From NCBI RefSeq assembly GCF_036365525.1, contig NC_090386.1:62514956-62578955 (forward strand): a stretch of DNA of 64,000 bases. The letters run 5' to 3'. The notes under the pieces are model-generated. The model was not told the origin of the DNA, made no database searches, and worked only from the letters and a program-made list of their open reading frames with translations. Below are positions 1-12,728 of this stretch, piece by piece. Both the position numbers and the translations under genes were made by a program. Origin of the DNA: Heterodontus francisci. Lineage: Eukaryota. Each line of letters opens with the position of its first letter. Within the stretch, counting starts at the first letter, position 1.

Positions 1-476
1 AACAACACTCAGGAAGCTTGACACCATCCCAGACAATGCAGCTCGCTTGATCGGCGCCCCATCCACCACCTTAAACATTCACACCCTCCACCACCGACGC
101 ATAGTGGCAGCAGTGTGCACCATCTACAAGATGCAGTGCAGCAACTTGCCAAGGCTCCTTCAACAGCACCTTCCTTACTGTGAACTCTACCACCTAGAAG
201 GATAAGGACAGCAGACGCATGGGAACATTACCACCTGCAAGTTCCCCTCCCAATTACACACTATCCTGACTTGGAAATATATCGCTGTTTCTTCACTGTC
301 ACTGCATCAAAATCCTGGAACATCCTTCCTAACAGACTGTGGGTGTACCAGCATCAGACGAACTGCAACAGTTCAAGAAGGCAGCTCATCACCGCCTTCT
401 CGAAGGCTGTTAGGGATGGGCAAAAAATTCTGGCCTTGGCAGTGTTGCCCACATCCCATGAAAGAATCTTAAAAAA
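1..476 (+). mobile_element. 3' end fragment of the tRNA-headed single-ORF LINE family
   Basis: Homologous to 15300-15738 and 58300-58776; ends cccacatcccatgaaagaat followed by an A tract. Confidence 0.9.
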
Positions 477-477
477 G

Positions 478-1240
478 CATTCCAAAGGGACTGTTCCCTC
501 CGCGATACTCTGGTCCACTCCTTAATCATCCCCAACACCCTTTTACCTCCTCCTTTCTCACCATTCAAGGCCCCAAACTCACTCTCCAAGTGAAATGGCA
601 TTTTACTTGTACTTTTTTCAAATTATTATACTGTATTCACTGTTCATGATGGGGTCTCCTCTACATTGGGAGACTAAATACAGGTTGGTTTGCAGAACAT
701 TTTCGTTCAGTACACAGGCATGTCCCCACGCTTCTAGCAGCCTGTCATTTTAATTCTCCGCTCCATTCCCACTCAATCCTTAGCCTCCTGCAATGTTCCA
801 ATAAAGCTCTATGCAAGCTCGAGGAACAGCACCTCAACTTTCAATTAGGAATTTTACAGCCTTCCGGATAGAACATTGAGTTCAACAATTTCAGATCTTA
901 ACTTGGACCCCCATTTTCTGTTTTTTGGTTTTACTTTTGGATGGCAGCTATTAGTGATGATTCTGTTTTCCCAACTGCACCACTGGACCATCTTTTGTTT
1001 ATATACTTATCCCATTATCATGCCCTTTTGTCACTTAATCTTTCCCCTCTTCTACCCTATCACAGGGCTTTGTTCTATCCTCCCCTTCCCCTGATCTGCT
1101 TAAACCCATCAATTCTCTAACTTCTTCCAGTTCTGATAAAAGGCCATTGACCTCTCCACAGATGCTGTCAGATCTGCTGAATATTTCCAGCATTTTCTGT
1201 TTTTGTTTCTGATTTCCAGCAACCGCATTATTTTGCTTTG
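478..1240 (+). mobile_element. Degenerate Penelope-like element (GIY-YIG endonuclease C-terminus plus terminal repeat)
   Basis: Decayed FTCT..YCI.C..GLLYIG and KLEEQHL..LG.LQP.G.NIEFNNF motifs at about 600-895. Followed by the tail ccacagatgctg...gaatatttccagcattttctgttt, which recurs at 17.7 kb. Confidence 0.75.
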
Positions 1241-2349
1241 GATCTCACAAAATGACCAAGTTCAGACTAAAGAATTATAATTCTAAATGTATTTCCATTT
1301 TAATTTATTTGCAAATGCAAGGAAAAACAACCTTTACAAATCTTCTAGGAGAAAAGGGGAAGGCGTCACAAAAAAGTACAGCACGCTTCAAAATCAGCAG
1401 GGTGTAGGAAGACCTGGGGAGGGGGGTAAAAACAAAAAAAAACAGTAGAGGCTGAGAAATTTTAAAAAACAGTTTTACAACAATTAGGGGTAGTGAGAAA
1501 CCATGAAAACATGCAAAATGGACTTGAAACTGAAGACCAACATCTCGTCTTTCTTTAGTTGCACGCAGCTTATTCACTTAAGTGTGCAATACGTGTAAAT
1601 TGTTCTGTGCAATCGCATGCTATCTTAAAGGGGACAACTTGTGCAAAGCACTTTGAGTTGAACAGCTTAAGAGGGAATAAACGTTCTCAAAGATTATTTC
1701 CTCCAAGTAGAAAGAAAACCAATGTACAATATCCAGATAGAGCTAACTCAAGTAATATCAAGATGATGATGAAATCAAAGTCCCTAACTAGCTAAAAGTG
1801 ATCAAAACAAATTAATGTCCAGGCATAGATGGTATTTATGCAAGTGTTCAGAGAGACGAGAGAAGAGATGTGTGAAGCACATTTTCCAAAAGAGAGAAAA
1901 TAGAATTGACTTGCTATTGTTTGCAACTATCTATTGTTTAGACAGCTTACTAAACCTCTGCAACCTTTAATAGCCACAAAAACATGACTTCACTGATCTT
2001 TACTGAATGAGAGTATTATTAAGTCAGAAACATCTTTAGGAAATGTCTTCTCTGAGTTCCACACAGACTTGCCAGTCAGTCAGTCCCAAGGGTAAACATT
2101 TGTACTACTTCCTGAAATTGTTCTTCGAAGAAAATTCAAAAACATTGTTGCCAATACAAAAGGCATCGCTTAGTAACAGCTTTGTGAAAAGATTTTCACT
2201 TTTTTCAGGAATAAAACATTTTCAGGATGTAAAGATTCAAAACCAAACATCGATATTTTAATCCACCAACGCCAAGAAATATTGGTCTCACAACAGATGC
2301 ACTGAAGTAGAAAAGTCTGGATTGGATGACTCTTCCAACCCTCCTCAGA

Positions 2350-4173
2350 TATATGAGCGGTGTCAGAAAACCGGAGGATTACAAATATTACCCCTGTTCA
2401 ACAAAAGGAAAGTGGGCTAAACCTTTTTGAAAACAATAATCAAGCAAAATAATTGGCACTTGAAAACATGTGGGTTAATAAATGAAAGCCAGGATTTGTT
2501 ACAGATAGTGTTTGGCTAACTTGATTCAATTCTTTGATAAACTAAGAGGATTGTGAGGGTAGAGTGGTTGCTGTGTGCATGGAATTTCAAAAGGCTTTTG
2601 ATAAACTGGTTAACCAAATTAAAGGACATTGGATTAAAAGGGGCAGTGTCTGTGTTGAAACGAAATTAGCTAAAGGACAGAAAGTGGAGCGTAGTGGTGG
2701 ACAGTCATTTTTCAGACTGAAGGGAAGGCCCCCAGGTTTGTGCATTAGGACCACTGCCCTCTTGATATCTATTAATGACCTGTACTTGGGTGCACAGGGT
2801 ATAATTTCAAAGGTTACAGATGACACAAAACTTGGAAATGCAGTAAACAATGAGAAGAATAATAAACAACTTCAGGAGGACATAGATGTACGGGTGAAAT
2901 GGGCAGACAGATAGCAGATGAAATTTAACAGAGAAGTGAAGCATGAAGTGATACATTATTGTAGGAAGAATGAGAGGCAATACAAACTAAATGGTAGAAT
3001 TTTAAGAGATCTGGGATGAGCATGCACAAATATTTGGAGGTGGCAGGACAAGTCAAGGTGGTTAATATAAAGGCATACAGGATCTACCATCAACAAGGCG
3101 CAAATCAGGAGCATGCTGGAATAATCTCCACTTGCCTGGATGAGTGCAGCTCCAACAACACTCAAGAAGCTCGACACTATCCAGGACAAAACAGCCAGCT
3201 TGATTGGCACCCCATTTTGCCATTAGCTACAAGGTGCACTGCAGCAACTTGCCAAGGCTTCTTAGACAGCAACATTTAAATCCATGACCTCTAACCACCT
3301 AGAAGGACAAGGGCAGCAGATGCATAGGAACACCATCGCCTGCAAGTTCCCCTCCAAACCACACACCATCCTGACCTGGAACTATTATCACCATTCCTTC
3401 ACTGCCACTGGGTCAAAATCCTGAAACTCCCTCCCTAACAGCACTGTATCTGTGCATACGCGAGATGGGCTGAAGCGGTTCAAGAAGGAGGCTCACAGCC
3501 ACCTTCTCAAGGGCAATTTGGGATGGGCAATAAATGCTGGCCCTGCGAGCAATACCCACATCCCATGAATGAATAAAAAAAATACAGGATTCATGGCTAT
3601 ATAATTAAAAGGCATAAAGTACCAAAGCAAGGAAGTGAAGGAAAATCTTTGCAACACACTGGTTAGAAACCAACTGGAATATTGTGGCCAATTTTGGGCA
3701 CCGCACTTTAGAAAGGATATCAAGGCCTTGGAGGGGTGCAGAGAAGTTTTAGAACAATGATACCAAGGATGCAGGATTTTAGTTATGTGCAAATATTAGA
3801 AAAGATGTGATTGTACTTACAGCAGAGAAGGTTAAGGGAAGATTTGATAGGAGTCTAAATGCATGAATGATAATGACAGAGTAAGTAAAGAGAAACTACT
3901 TCCAGAAAGATTAATAACACAAGGACAGAGATTTAAGATGATTGGCCCAAGAACCATGAGGAAAGAAAACTTCTATGCTGCAAGTTATAATTTAGAATGC
4001 ACTCCCTCAAAAGGATGGTGGAAGCAAATGCAATCATGGATTTCAGAAAGGAATTAGACAAATCCTTGAAGGGGAAAAATTCCAGAAGTGTGGAAAAAGG
4101 GCAGGGAAGAGCAACTCATTGTCTAGTTCTTTCAAAGAGCTGGCACAGGCACGATGGGCCGAATTGCTTCTAT
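2350..4173 (+). mobile_element. Degenerate CR1 (HER1-like) LINE, RT region to 3' end, interrupted at about 3085-3582
   Basis: ORF 2564-2914 has FQKAFDK and ISKVTDDTKLG (FADDTK equivalent). Continues after 3585 with LVRNQLEYCGQFWAPH-type sequence and ends in the gatgggccgaa tail. Confidence 0.8.
3085..3582 (+). mobile_element. 3' fragment of the tRNA-headed single-ORF LINE nested in the CR1
   Basis: Matches the family 3' end and terminates catcccatgaatgaataaaaaaaa. Confidence 0.85.
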
Positions 4174-5159
4174 TGTTACAACCGAGGCGGGAGCAACGCA
4201 CTGTCAATTCAGTCCCGTCACTCTATAGGTCACAGCAAATTAAAGTTTTCTGACCCAACCGGAAAACAGCAAAATTAAACACTCTAGTAATTCCCAGAAT
4301 AAAACAGACCAAACCAGGTATCTTTAGATAACAAATTGACTATTTATTAAAACTAAATCTTAAAACACTATTAAGATAAACCTATGCCTAAAGACCTTAT
4401 AACTCCTTACTTTAACTCAACTCCCCATTCACACACATACATTCAAAAATCATGGTTAATCAGTTTCTTTTAAAAAAGTTACTTTTTTTAAAATTAGTTG
4501 TTTAAGAATAAATAAATGTCTTTTGTGGGTTATCTTCCTGATGGGTGAGGTATTCTAATATAGAAACAATCAAATGCTACTCGAGGTCTCCACGCGGATT
4601 TGATGAAATAGTCTCTTCAGTAGATAGGCATTCAAAACACTTCGGCTGCGACAGGCATCAAACAGGCCTATCAACCATGAACACAGCGATAGGTCAGCTT
4701 ATATTTTAAACCCGAAACTTTACTTCGAATTCCTGCAATCAGTCATGAGAGATTTAATCTTGAAGCAAATATCTCCTGGCTTGGAAGTAAAGAAAAGGAG
4801 TTTGGCTACCTTTAGCAATACAAATGGTCCCTTCAGAAAAAAAAAGGTTTATTTTTTTCCTTAGGCAATTAACTCGGCCTGTAGCTCCTTGTAGAACTTG
4901 TGCGAGAGAGAATGGACAGCTCTTTCCTTCGGCACGCTTTCTGGTGATCTCACAAAACAAACTGGTTCAGACCAGTTTGACACACTGTCAAATCAAAAAA
5001 TTACTGACCCCTCTCTCCTACTGACATCTAGGTAACAAATGCAGCTATTGTCACAGAAATCCAAAACTTCTCTCCATCTTAAAGACACATGATTTCAAAC
5101 AGAGTCTTAAAGGCACACTGTTTTTAATCAGAGGAGAAAATAAATACAATTCCATGGCA
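4174..5159 (-). mobile_element. Probable solo LTR
   Basis: TGTTACA...CATGGCA termini with near-match 4 bp flanks (ctat/ctgt). It splits the CR1 3' tail, and tttatt on the plus strand gives a minus-strand AATAAA. Confidence 0.55.
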
Positions 5160-5174
5160 CTGTTCTGTGGTGTA

Positions 5175-6393
5175 TCAGCCAATCCAATTCACTCGTGATA
5201 CCAAGAAATGGCTGAAGACACTGAATACTGCAAAGGCTATGGGCCCTGCAACATTCCGGCAATAGCACTGAAGATTTGTGCTCCCAACCTAGCCGCACCC
5301 CTAGCCAAGCTATTCCAGTACAGCTACAACACTGGCCTCGACCCGACAATGTGGAAAATTGCCCAGGTATGTCCTGTCCACAAAAAGTAGGACAAATCTA
5401 ACCCGGCCAAATATCACCCCATCTGTCTACTGTCCATCATCAGCAAAGTGACGGAAGGGGTCGTCGACAGTGCTATGAAGTGGTACTTGTTCAGCAATAA
5501 CCTGTTCACTGACACTCAGTTTGGGTTCTGCCAGGGCCACTCAGCTCCTGACCTCATACAGCCTTGGTTCAAACATGGACAAAAGAGCTGAACTCCAGAG
5601 GTGAAGTGAGAGTGACTGCCCTCGGCATCCAGGCAGCATTTGACCGAGTATGGCATCAAGGAGCCCTAGCAAAACTGGAGTCAATGGTAATCAGGGGGAA
5701 AACTCTCCCCCGGTTGGAGTCATACCTAGCACAAAGGAAGATGGTTGATATCACAGAGTTGTTGGAGCTGTACTCCATCCAGGAGTATTCAATCACACTC
5801 CTGACTTGTATCTTGCAGATGGTGGACAGGAACTGGGGAGTCGGCAAGTGAGTTACTCGCCACAGAATTCCCAGACTCTGACCTACTCTTGTAGCCACAG
5901 TATTTGTGTGTCTGATCCAGTTCAAGAAGTTCGACACCATCCAGGACAAAGCAGCCTACTTGACTGGCATCCCATCCACCACCTTCAACATTCACACCCT
6001 CCATCACCGACACACAGTGCCAGTAATGTGCACCATAAACAAGACGCAATGCAGCAACTCACCAAAGCTCCTCCAACAGAACCTTCCAAACCCGCAACCT
6101 CTACCACTTAGAAGGACAAGGGCAGCAGATGCATGGGAACACTACCACCTGCAGGCTCCCCACCAAGCCACACACCATCCTGAGTTGGAACTATGATCGC
6201 CATTCCTTCACTGTCACTGAGTTAAAATCCTGGAACTCCTTTCCTAACAGCACTGTGGGTGTACCAATACCCCAAGGACTGCAGCAGTTCAAGAAGGCGG
6301 CTCACCATCACCTTCTCAAGGGCAAGTAGGGATGGGCAATAAATGCTGGCTTAGCCAGCGATGCTCACATCCCATGAATGAATAAAAAAAAAA
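5175..6393 (+). mobile_element. Rearranged copy of the tRNA-headed single-ORF LINE (RT to 3' tail) with an internal inversion
   Basis: RT peptides LKICAPNLAAPLAKLFQYSYNTG and AAFDRVWHQGALAKLESM. Segment at about 5756-5924 is inverted. Ends in a polyA tail. Confidence 0.88.
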
Positions 6394-7097
6394 GCTATGA
6401 TTCTATTCAAGACAATTTAAAATCACAAAAAACTTTCTAATATGGAAATCTTCAACTCATTGCTTTAACTTGGAATGGCTTTGTGCTGGACTTTCCTAGC
6501 CAAAATTTAGAATGTCTTAAGCCTTTAAATTCTAAAGTTTCTGTCTACTCATGTGCCAGAGTTAAAATTACTACATATCCAGCACATATATAATTACCCC
6601 AATGATGTCACAGAATAAAACTCCAGATGGCTATCCGTCTTCAAGCAATAACTGCTCAACTTACCAAGGAAAAGTTGTTATATTCCTCACTTAAGTAATT
6701 AGTACACAATTCTCATCGTTAGCCATGTCAAACTCAGTTGTCTGTCACTCCCCGGCCGAAGCAACACGAATTTTCTGAAACGGATATACTTCTAACCAAA
6801 TCACTGCATAAGTTGAACAAAACTCCCAAAATGGAACACCAGGCTATCTGAATTGTGAACCACCTGCCCACTATCCACTGCAAACAGTACAGAGAAGGCA
6901 TAGAAGGCTGATTACCTATCAGAGGGCTAATTGATCAGGAAAGGTTAGAAAAAAACCTAGACTACTTTGACCTTGAGAAAAGGTCTATGAGGGGACCTTG
7001 TAGGTAAAACAGAAAAGATGGATTCACAGCATTGTTTTAAACAAACATAACTGCAGGACAAGGAGTCATTGGTCCTGAGTTTCTTTATGTAACGAGA

Positions 7098-7981
7098 TGT
7101 TACGACCAGGTGAGAAAGGGGTCTAGGGGTTCCCTCGCAGCCTTTTCCTGGTTTGGCCGTAACAGGGTTTAAGTTTTAAAACACTGTATTTTTAGCTTCC
7201 CTTCGGTGAATCCTTGTTCATTTCTCTCCAATTGTAATAGCAAAGCAATCAACCAGACAGGTTTTCTTAGATTTAAGCAAGAAAGGAGTAAGTTTATTAA
7301 CCTCAAAACTCTAATTCGGTTAAAACTACTAATAATATGCACACAACCACGCTAGCATGCATACACGATAAACACACGCAGATAGAGACAGAAAAGGAGA
7401 AAGAAAGAATCAAGGAGAAAGAATCAAGGGTTTGAAGGTTTGAGTTTGATGCAAAATCTTTGATCGTAGTTAAATCTTGCTGTCTCATTGGGACCCAGTA
7501 CACTCTTTCAAACTTGTTTCAATGGTTTTCTGTCCTGGCTTAGTTGCTTTCATGGGGCCCTGACTTTGCGCGAGAGGGAGAGACCTTCCTCGTATTTTGT
7601 CTTCAAATTGCAGTCTGACCCAAACTGTTCTGTGAACACAATTCAAACCAAACCTGGGCCAGCAGGCCAGTCTTGTGACTAGCTCCCCATCTGGATTGTA
7701 TGTGGATTCTTTCAATCTCAGTAGACACCCTCAGTAGGGGGTCTGGAACTCTAGCTTTCATACACTCATTCTTTTGATCAAAATCCATTTGGTTAATTGA
7801 ATCAGGGAGCAGGTCCATTGTCTTCTCCAGGCAACTGTCTCTTAGAATGTAAATGTTTCCAGCCACTGTCCTTTTAGAATGCAGGTGTCACCATGTTTTC
7901 ATTCCAGTAAGAGTTTAAAATTAATGTTCCATATGATGAAATTAATATGCCTCATTCTTGACAGGTGTGGTTTTCATCACA
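7098..7981 (-). mobile_element. Probable solo LTR, with related pieces elsewhere in the window
   Basis: TGTTACG...CATCACA termini. Ends are homologous to 23944-24135, 25391-25505 (opposite strand), 33594-33880 and about 63300-63532. Confidence 0.65.
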
Positions 7982-9307
7982 GAGCGAATACAATAATTAT
8001 CCTCCAGGTAGAATATTGTAGGCTAAAGCTCTAGAGTCCTTCAAGAGGCAGTCAGATCCTGCATTGTTGGGAGGGGGAACTGGGTATGGGCAGTAGATTT
8101 TAAGTTTGTATGCAAGGATCAGCTGGATAGACTGAATGGTCTTCTTCACCAGTACTAAACTTTGTGCCCCAACCACCTCCATTTCCAGTTCACGAAGAGG
8201 GTGCGTTAAATCACTGGATGCATATCGTGGGGAACAATGCAGATGGCTATTTTCAAGGTTTCAATAAATCTTTAAAAAGGGACAGAAGCAGCAGCACTAG
8301 GTCACTGCAGTCAACTTCATTTCACAAAGGCAGGCCACTCAGCACATCAAGTTCATCCTGCCAAAGAATTCTACAGTCCTCATCATTTCCAACTGTGTGT
8401 TGGCTGGTTTCTGAGATTTTGCTTCCAATATCCTGGCAAGAAGACTATTCCAGGTATTAAATCACTCTTTGCATGAAGTACTCCTTAATATCAGTCCTGA
8501 GCTTGGATTTTTACCAGTTTTACCCAAGTCCTTGTGCCCTGCTATCATTATGTAACTTAATTGACTCCAACATGTTTTACTAAATACTGTCAAACAGAAT
8601 GGAGCTTTTTAATGAATGCAAGGTTGGATCTTGAAAAACGGCCATGGGAAAACACTTTTGCATTATATATTGTAAATAATGCAACTTGTTATGATCCCCA
8701 TGTAGATCACCAACAAATGAAAAGAATCAAATCCACTGCTGGACCCCAATTTAGGGAATCGAATCAAACAGACAAGATTTCACTTTTATAAAAAAGTTTA
8801 CTTTAACACTCAAACCAAAACCAACATAAATTAAACATGCAGCAACAGACAGATCATGGCCAATATAAATTTAATATAAAACAAATTACCCCTTGACTAT
8901 CAGATACAGCATAGATAGTCTCAGTTTCAGTGGGCAGTCCACCCAGCATATATGGCACCAAATTATAGTCACTGTTCTTCACAACACAAGTTTCTCAGGT
9001 AGATTTTCAGCTTCTTTCTGTAAGGATGTAGCCAGTTCATCTTCCAACAGCAGTTCCCTTTAAATCCAAACTCCATGGGTGTAGTCACCATCACAAGGCA
9101 CACTTCTCCAAAACCACCTCAGCTGTGCTCACGACAGTCTTGATGGCGTGTATTTACCAGTCGTCCCTTTATCAGAGTCCTTCCAAGACAAGCGTCTGGC
9201 CGAGTATGGTTAGGCGGCTACTTTAAGTAGCTGAAACAGCTCCTGGATTCCATCTTAACTTTCTTCTGTTTGCTGGTGCTCCACTCCTGCCTGGTCTGGG
9301 GAGGACT

Positions 9308-9713
9308 CTTTTTTTTTTTTTAATTCTTTCATGGCATGCGGGCGTCGCTGGCAAGACCAGCATTTGTTGCCCACCCCTAATTGCCCTTGAACTAAGTGGC
9401 TTGCTAGGCCATTTCAGAGGGCAGTTAACAGTCGACCACATTTGCTGTGGGTCTGGAATCACATGTAGGTCAGACCAGGTAAGGATGGCAAATTTCCTTC
9501 CTTAAAAAGGACATTAGTGAACCAGATGGGTTTTTACAACAATTGACAATGGTTTCATGGTCACCATTAGACTAGCTTTTAATTCCAGTTTTATCAATTT
9601 AATTCAAATTTCACCATCTGCTATAGGGGAATTCGAACCCATGTCACCAGAGCGTTAGCCTAGATGTCTGGATTACTCGTCTAATGACATTACCACTATG
9701 CCACCTCCTCCCC
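9308..9713 (-). mobile_element. tRNA-derived SINE made of the 5' end and 3' tail of the single-ORF LINE
   Basis: A box TGGCATAGTGG (9693-9703), B box GGTTCGAATTCC (9628-9639). Body is homologous to 43208-43506 and the tail to the LINE 3' end, followed by polyA. Confidence 0.9.
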
Positions 9714-10199
9714 AATCACCTTTAATCTGGTTCTAACCAGAGTCAGAGTCAGTTTCCCCAGGAACCTGAAGAAGTTTTATTTTAACTTCTGTTCCAGTTT
9801 TGGTTTTCATTTCTGTTTCAGTTCTAGATTCCCTTTCAGTTAGGATCTGTCTCAAAACAAAACAAGGTTTGCAACCACAGATTCCATTACAAACTATAGA
9901 GCCAAGTTGGAACAAAAAATTTCAACATTTCCATGCTCAAGAAATCTTGCACTGTAATGTCAAATGGCTGTAAAATTTATTCTTATCTCAAGATTAGGAA
10001 CATAGCAACACGAGTAGGCCATACAGCCCCTTGAGCCTGTTCCATTGATCATGGCTGATCTTTATCTTAACTCAATTTTCCTGCCTTGGTTCCATAACCC
10101 TTAATACACTAACCCAACAAAAATCTATCAGCATTTTAAAACTTTCAAATTGACCTAGCCTCAGCTTTCTTGGGGATGAGCAAAAGACATTAATGATAG

Positions 10200-11330
10200 T
10201 GGCAACAACTTGTATTTATATAGCGCCTTTAATGTAATAAAACATCCCAAGGTGCTTCACAGAGGCATTACAAAACAAAATAAGGCACTGAGCCACATAA
10301 GGAGATATTCGGTTACATTACCAAAAGTTTGATCATAGAGGTAGATTTTAAAGAGTGTCTTAAAGGAGGAAAGTGAGATGGAAAGGTGGAGAGGTGTAGA
10401 GAGGGTCTTCCAGAGCTTAGGACCTAGGCAGCTGAAGACAATGGTGGAGTGATTAAAAGCGGGGATGCACAAGAGGCTGAAATTAGAGGAGTGCAGATAT
10501 CTTGGAGGGTTGCAGGGTTGGAAGAGATTACAGAGATAGGGAGGAGCAAGATCAAAAGGGATTTGAAAACGATGAGAATTTTAAGATCAAGACGTTTCTC
10601 ATTGGAGCCAGCGTAGGTCAGCAAGCACAGGGTTAACAGGTGAATGGCATTTGGTGTGAGTTAAGACAAGGGCAGCAGAGTTTTGGATGACCTTATGGTA
10701 GAATGTGGGAGGCCGACTAGCAGTGCATTGGATCAAATCTAGAGCGAACAATGATATCAATGAAGATTTCAACAGAAGAGCTGAGGCAGGTGCACTGAAG
10801 GCCAACATTACCAAGGTGGAACTAGGCAGTCCTGGTGCCATACAGATGTATGGTTGAAAGCTCATCTTGGGGGTCAAATGGCATCAAGGTTGCAAACAAA
10901 CAGTCTAGTTCAGCCTCAGACAGTTGCCATGGAGAGGGATGGAATTGGTGGCAAGGGAGCAGAGTTTGTGGTGGGGACCAAAGACAATGACTTCATTCTT
11001 CCTAATATTTAATTGAGTACTTGACGAGCAGAAATTTCCAATGTCAGATATGTAGTCTGACAATTTAGAAACAGTGGAGGGATCGAGAGAGGTGGTGGTG
11101 AGGCAGAGTCGGTGCCATCAGCGTACATGTGAAAACTAACGCGATACTTTTGGATGATACCACTGGCAGCATGCAGATGAAAAGTAGGAAGGATGCAAGG
11201 AAAGATCCTGAGGGACACTAGAGGTAACTGTGCAGGAATGGGAAGAGAAGCCAGAGAATCATCATCAATGGCTACATCTAAATAAATAGAATGGAACCAG
11301 GTGCGTGCAATCCCATCTAGCTGACCAGTG
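10200..11330 (-). mobile_element. Degenerate L2-type LINE, RT region to 3' end
   Basis: FHMYADGT (YADD equivalent), KVIQNSAALVLT and SPVNPVLADLRWL peptides; 3' tail aggcgctatataaatacaagttgttg. Confidence 0.8.
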
Positions 11331-11674
11331 AAGACTCATTCAAAAATGCTTAAAATCAGTTCAGTCAGGCAAATATTATTAATGAATTTGATCAAAGTCT
11401 GCTCTGGTGGTTTCAAGTTCCAAATGAAATGAATTTGGGAAAGCTTCAATCGAGTTTCCATTCTGGATGTCACCAGACAACATGACCATTCACTTGATCC
11501 TTCCCAATCAAAGTCTTAACATAAGATTGGTACAGTTGAGTATTCATTTCAGAAGCTATAGGCAACTTCCATCAATCACTATTTTGTATGGTTAAAATGC
11601 TAATACAGGGGAGATCACCAGACCAATAACCCCAATATGATAGTCAGATACTAATGACATCAAAAGACACTAAT

Positions 11675-12032
11675 GCACAGTGGCGCAGTGGTTAGCACCA
11701 CAGCCTCACAGCTCCAGCGACCCAGGTTCAATTCTGGGTACTGCCTGTGTGGAGTTTGCAAGTTCTCCCTGTGTCTGCGTGGGTTTTCTCCGGGTGCTCC
11801 GGTTTCCTCCCACAAGCCAAAAGACTTGCAGGTTGGTAGGTAAATTGGCCATTATAAATTGCCCCTAAAATAGGTAGGTGGTAGGGAAATATAGGGACAG
11901 GTGGGGATGTGGTAGGAATATGGAATTAGTGTAGGATTAGTATAAATGGGTGGTTGATGGTCAGCACAGACTCGGTGGGCCGAAGGGCCTGTTTCAGTGC
12001 TGTATCTCTAAACTAATCTAAACTAAACTAAA
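11675..12032 (+). mobile_element. HE1-like V-SINE
   Basis: A box TGGCGCAGTGG, B box GGTTCAATTC, V-domain tgtgtggagtttgca..ttctccctgtgtctgcgtgggttt, CR1-type tail gggccgaagggcctgtttc and (TAAAC)n. Confidence 0.92.
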
Positions 12033-12728
12033 ACCATTCCTCCAAACTTGACCTGCCTCTACCATGTTGCCAACTGGAACACGACACAGAGGTCTATATC
12101 AGTTGAGGCATTAGGCAAATATGGGGAAGATCATGGCACCTTGAAGCAGCGTAGCTGCTACCACCCAATTATAGTGCTTTTAACAATTGCCATAGAAGAC
12201 TCCAATTCAGATAATCCCACCCTACTGATTGTAATAAATCTAAATTTGACTTCAAATGAGCAAAAATGGAAACAAATATGTTTCAAACTTACAATAACCT
12301 ACAAATTATTCAAATTGGTTTCTTTCAATTAAAAGATTATTTATAGAAGTAGAACCAATTTTTCCAAAGAACCATGAGCTTCCACCACAACTATTATGCA
12401 CTGTCTCTCAAAAGGCAATAAGGAAACCAAGCAGGAATAAAACTAAAGATTGAGGTTTAAAATCATACTACTGAGAAATCTATCAGGTTAAAAGGACTGA
12501 CCAAGCAACATGAAACAAAACACAAGCTTCTTTCTATAAACAACATCTCTCATTTTACTCACTGAACAAGTTGGTTATCAGAAGGTCATTAAACAACATC
12601 CTCCTTAGATCCAGTTTTAAACGAGTATTATTGGGTGGTCCAAGGAAAAGGTGGGGTGGGTAGTGAGTAGGGTGTTGAGGGTTGGTGGTGGTCAAAGAGA
12701 AATGGATAAAGAGATAAAGAATAATTTC

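Noticed and set aside
8687-9950. Possible additional solo LTR starting TGTTATGA and hosting the 9.3 kb SINE
   Set aside because: No second copy in the window, and no clear right terminus or TSD.
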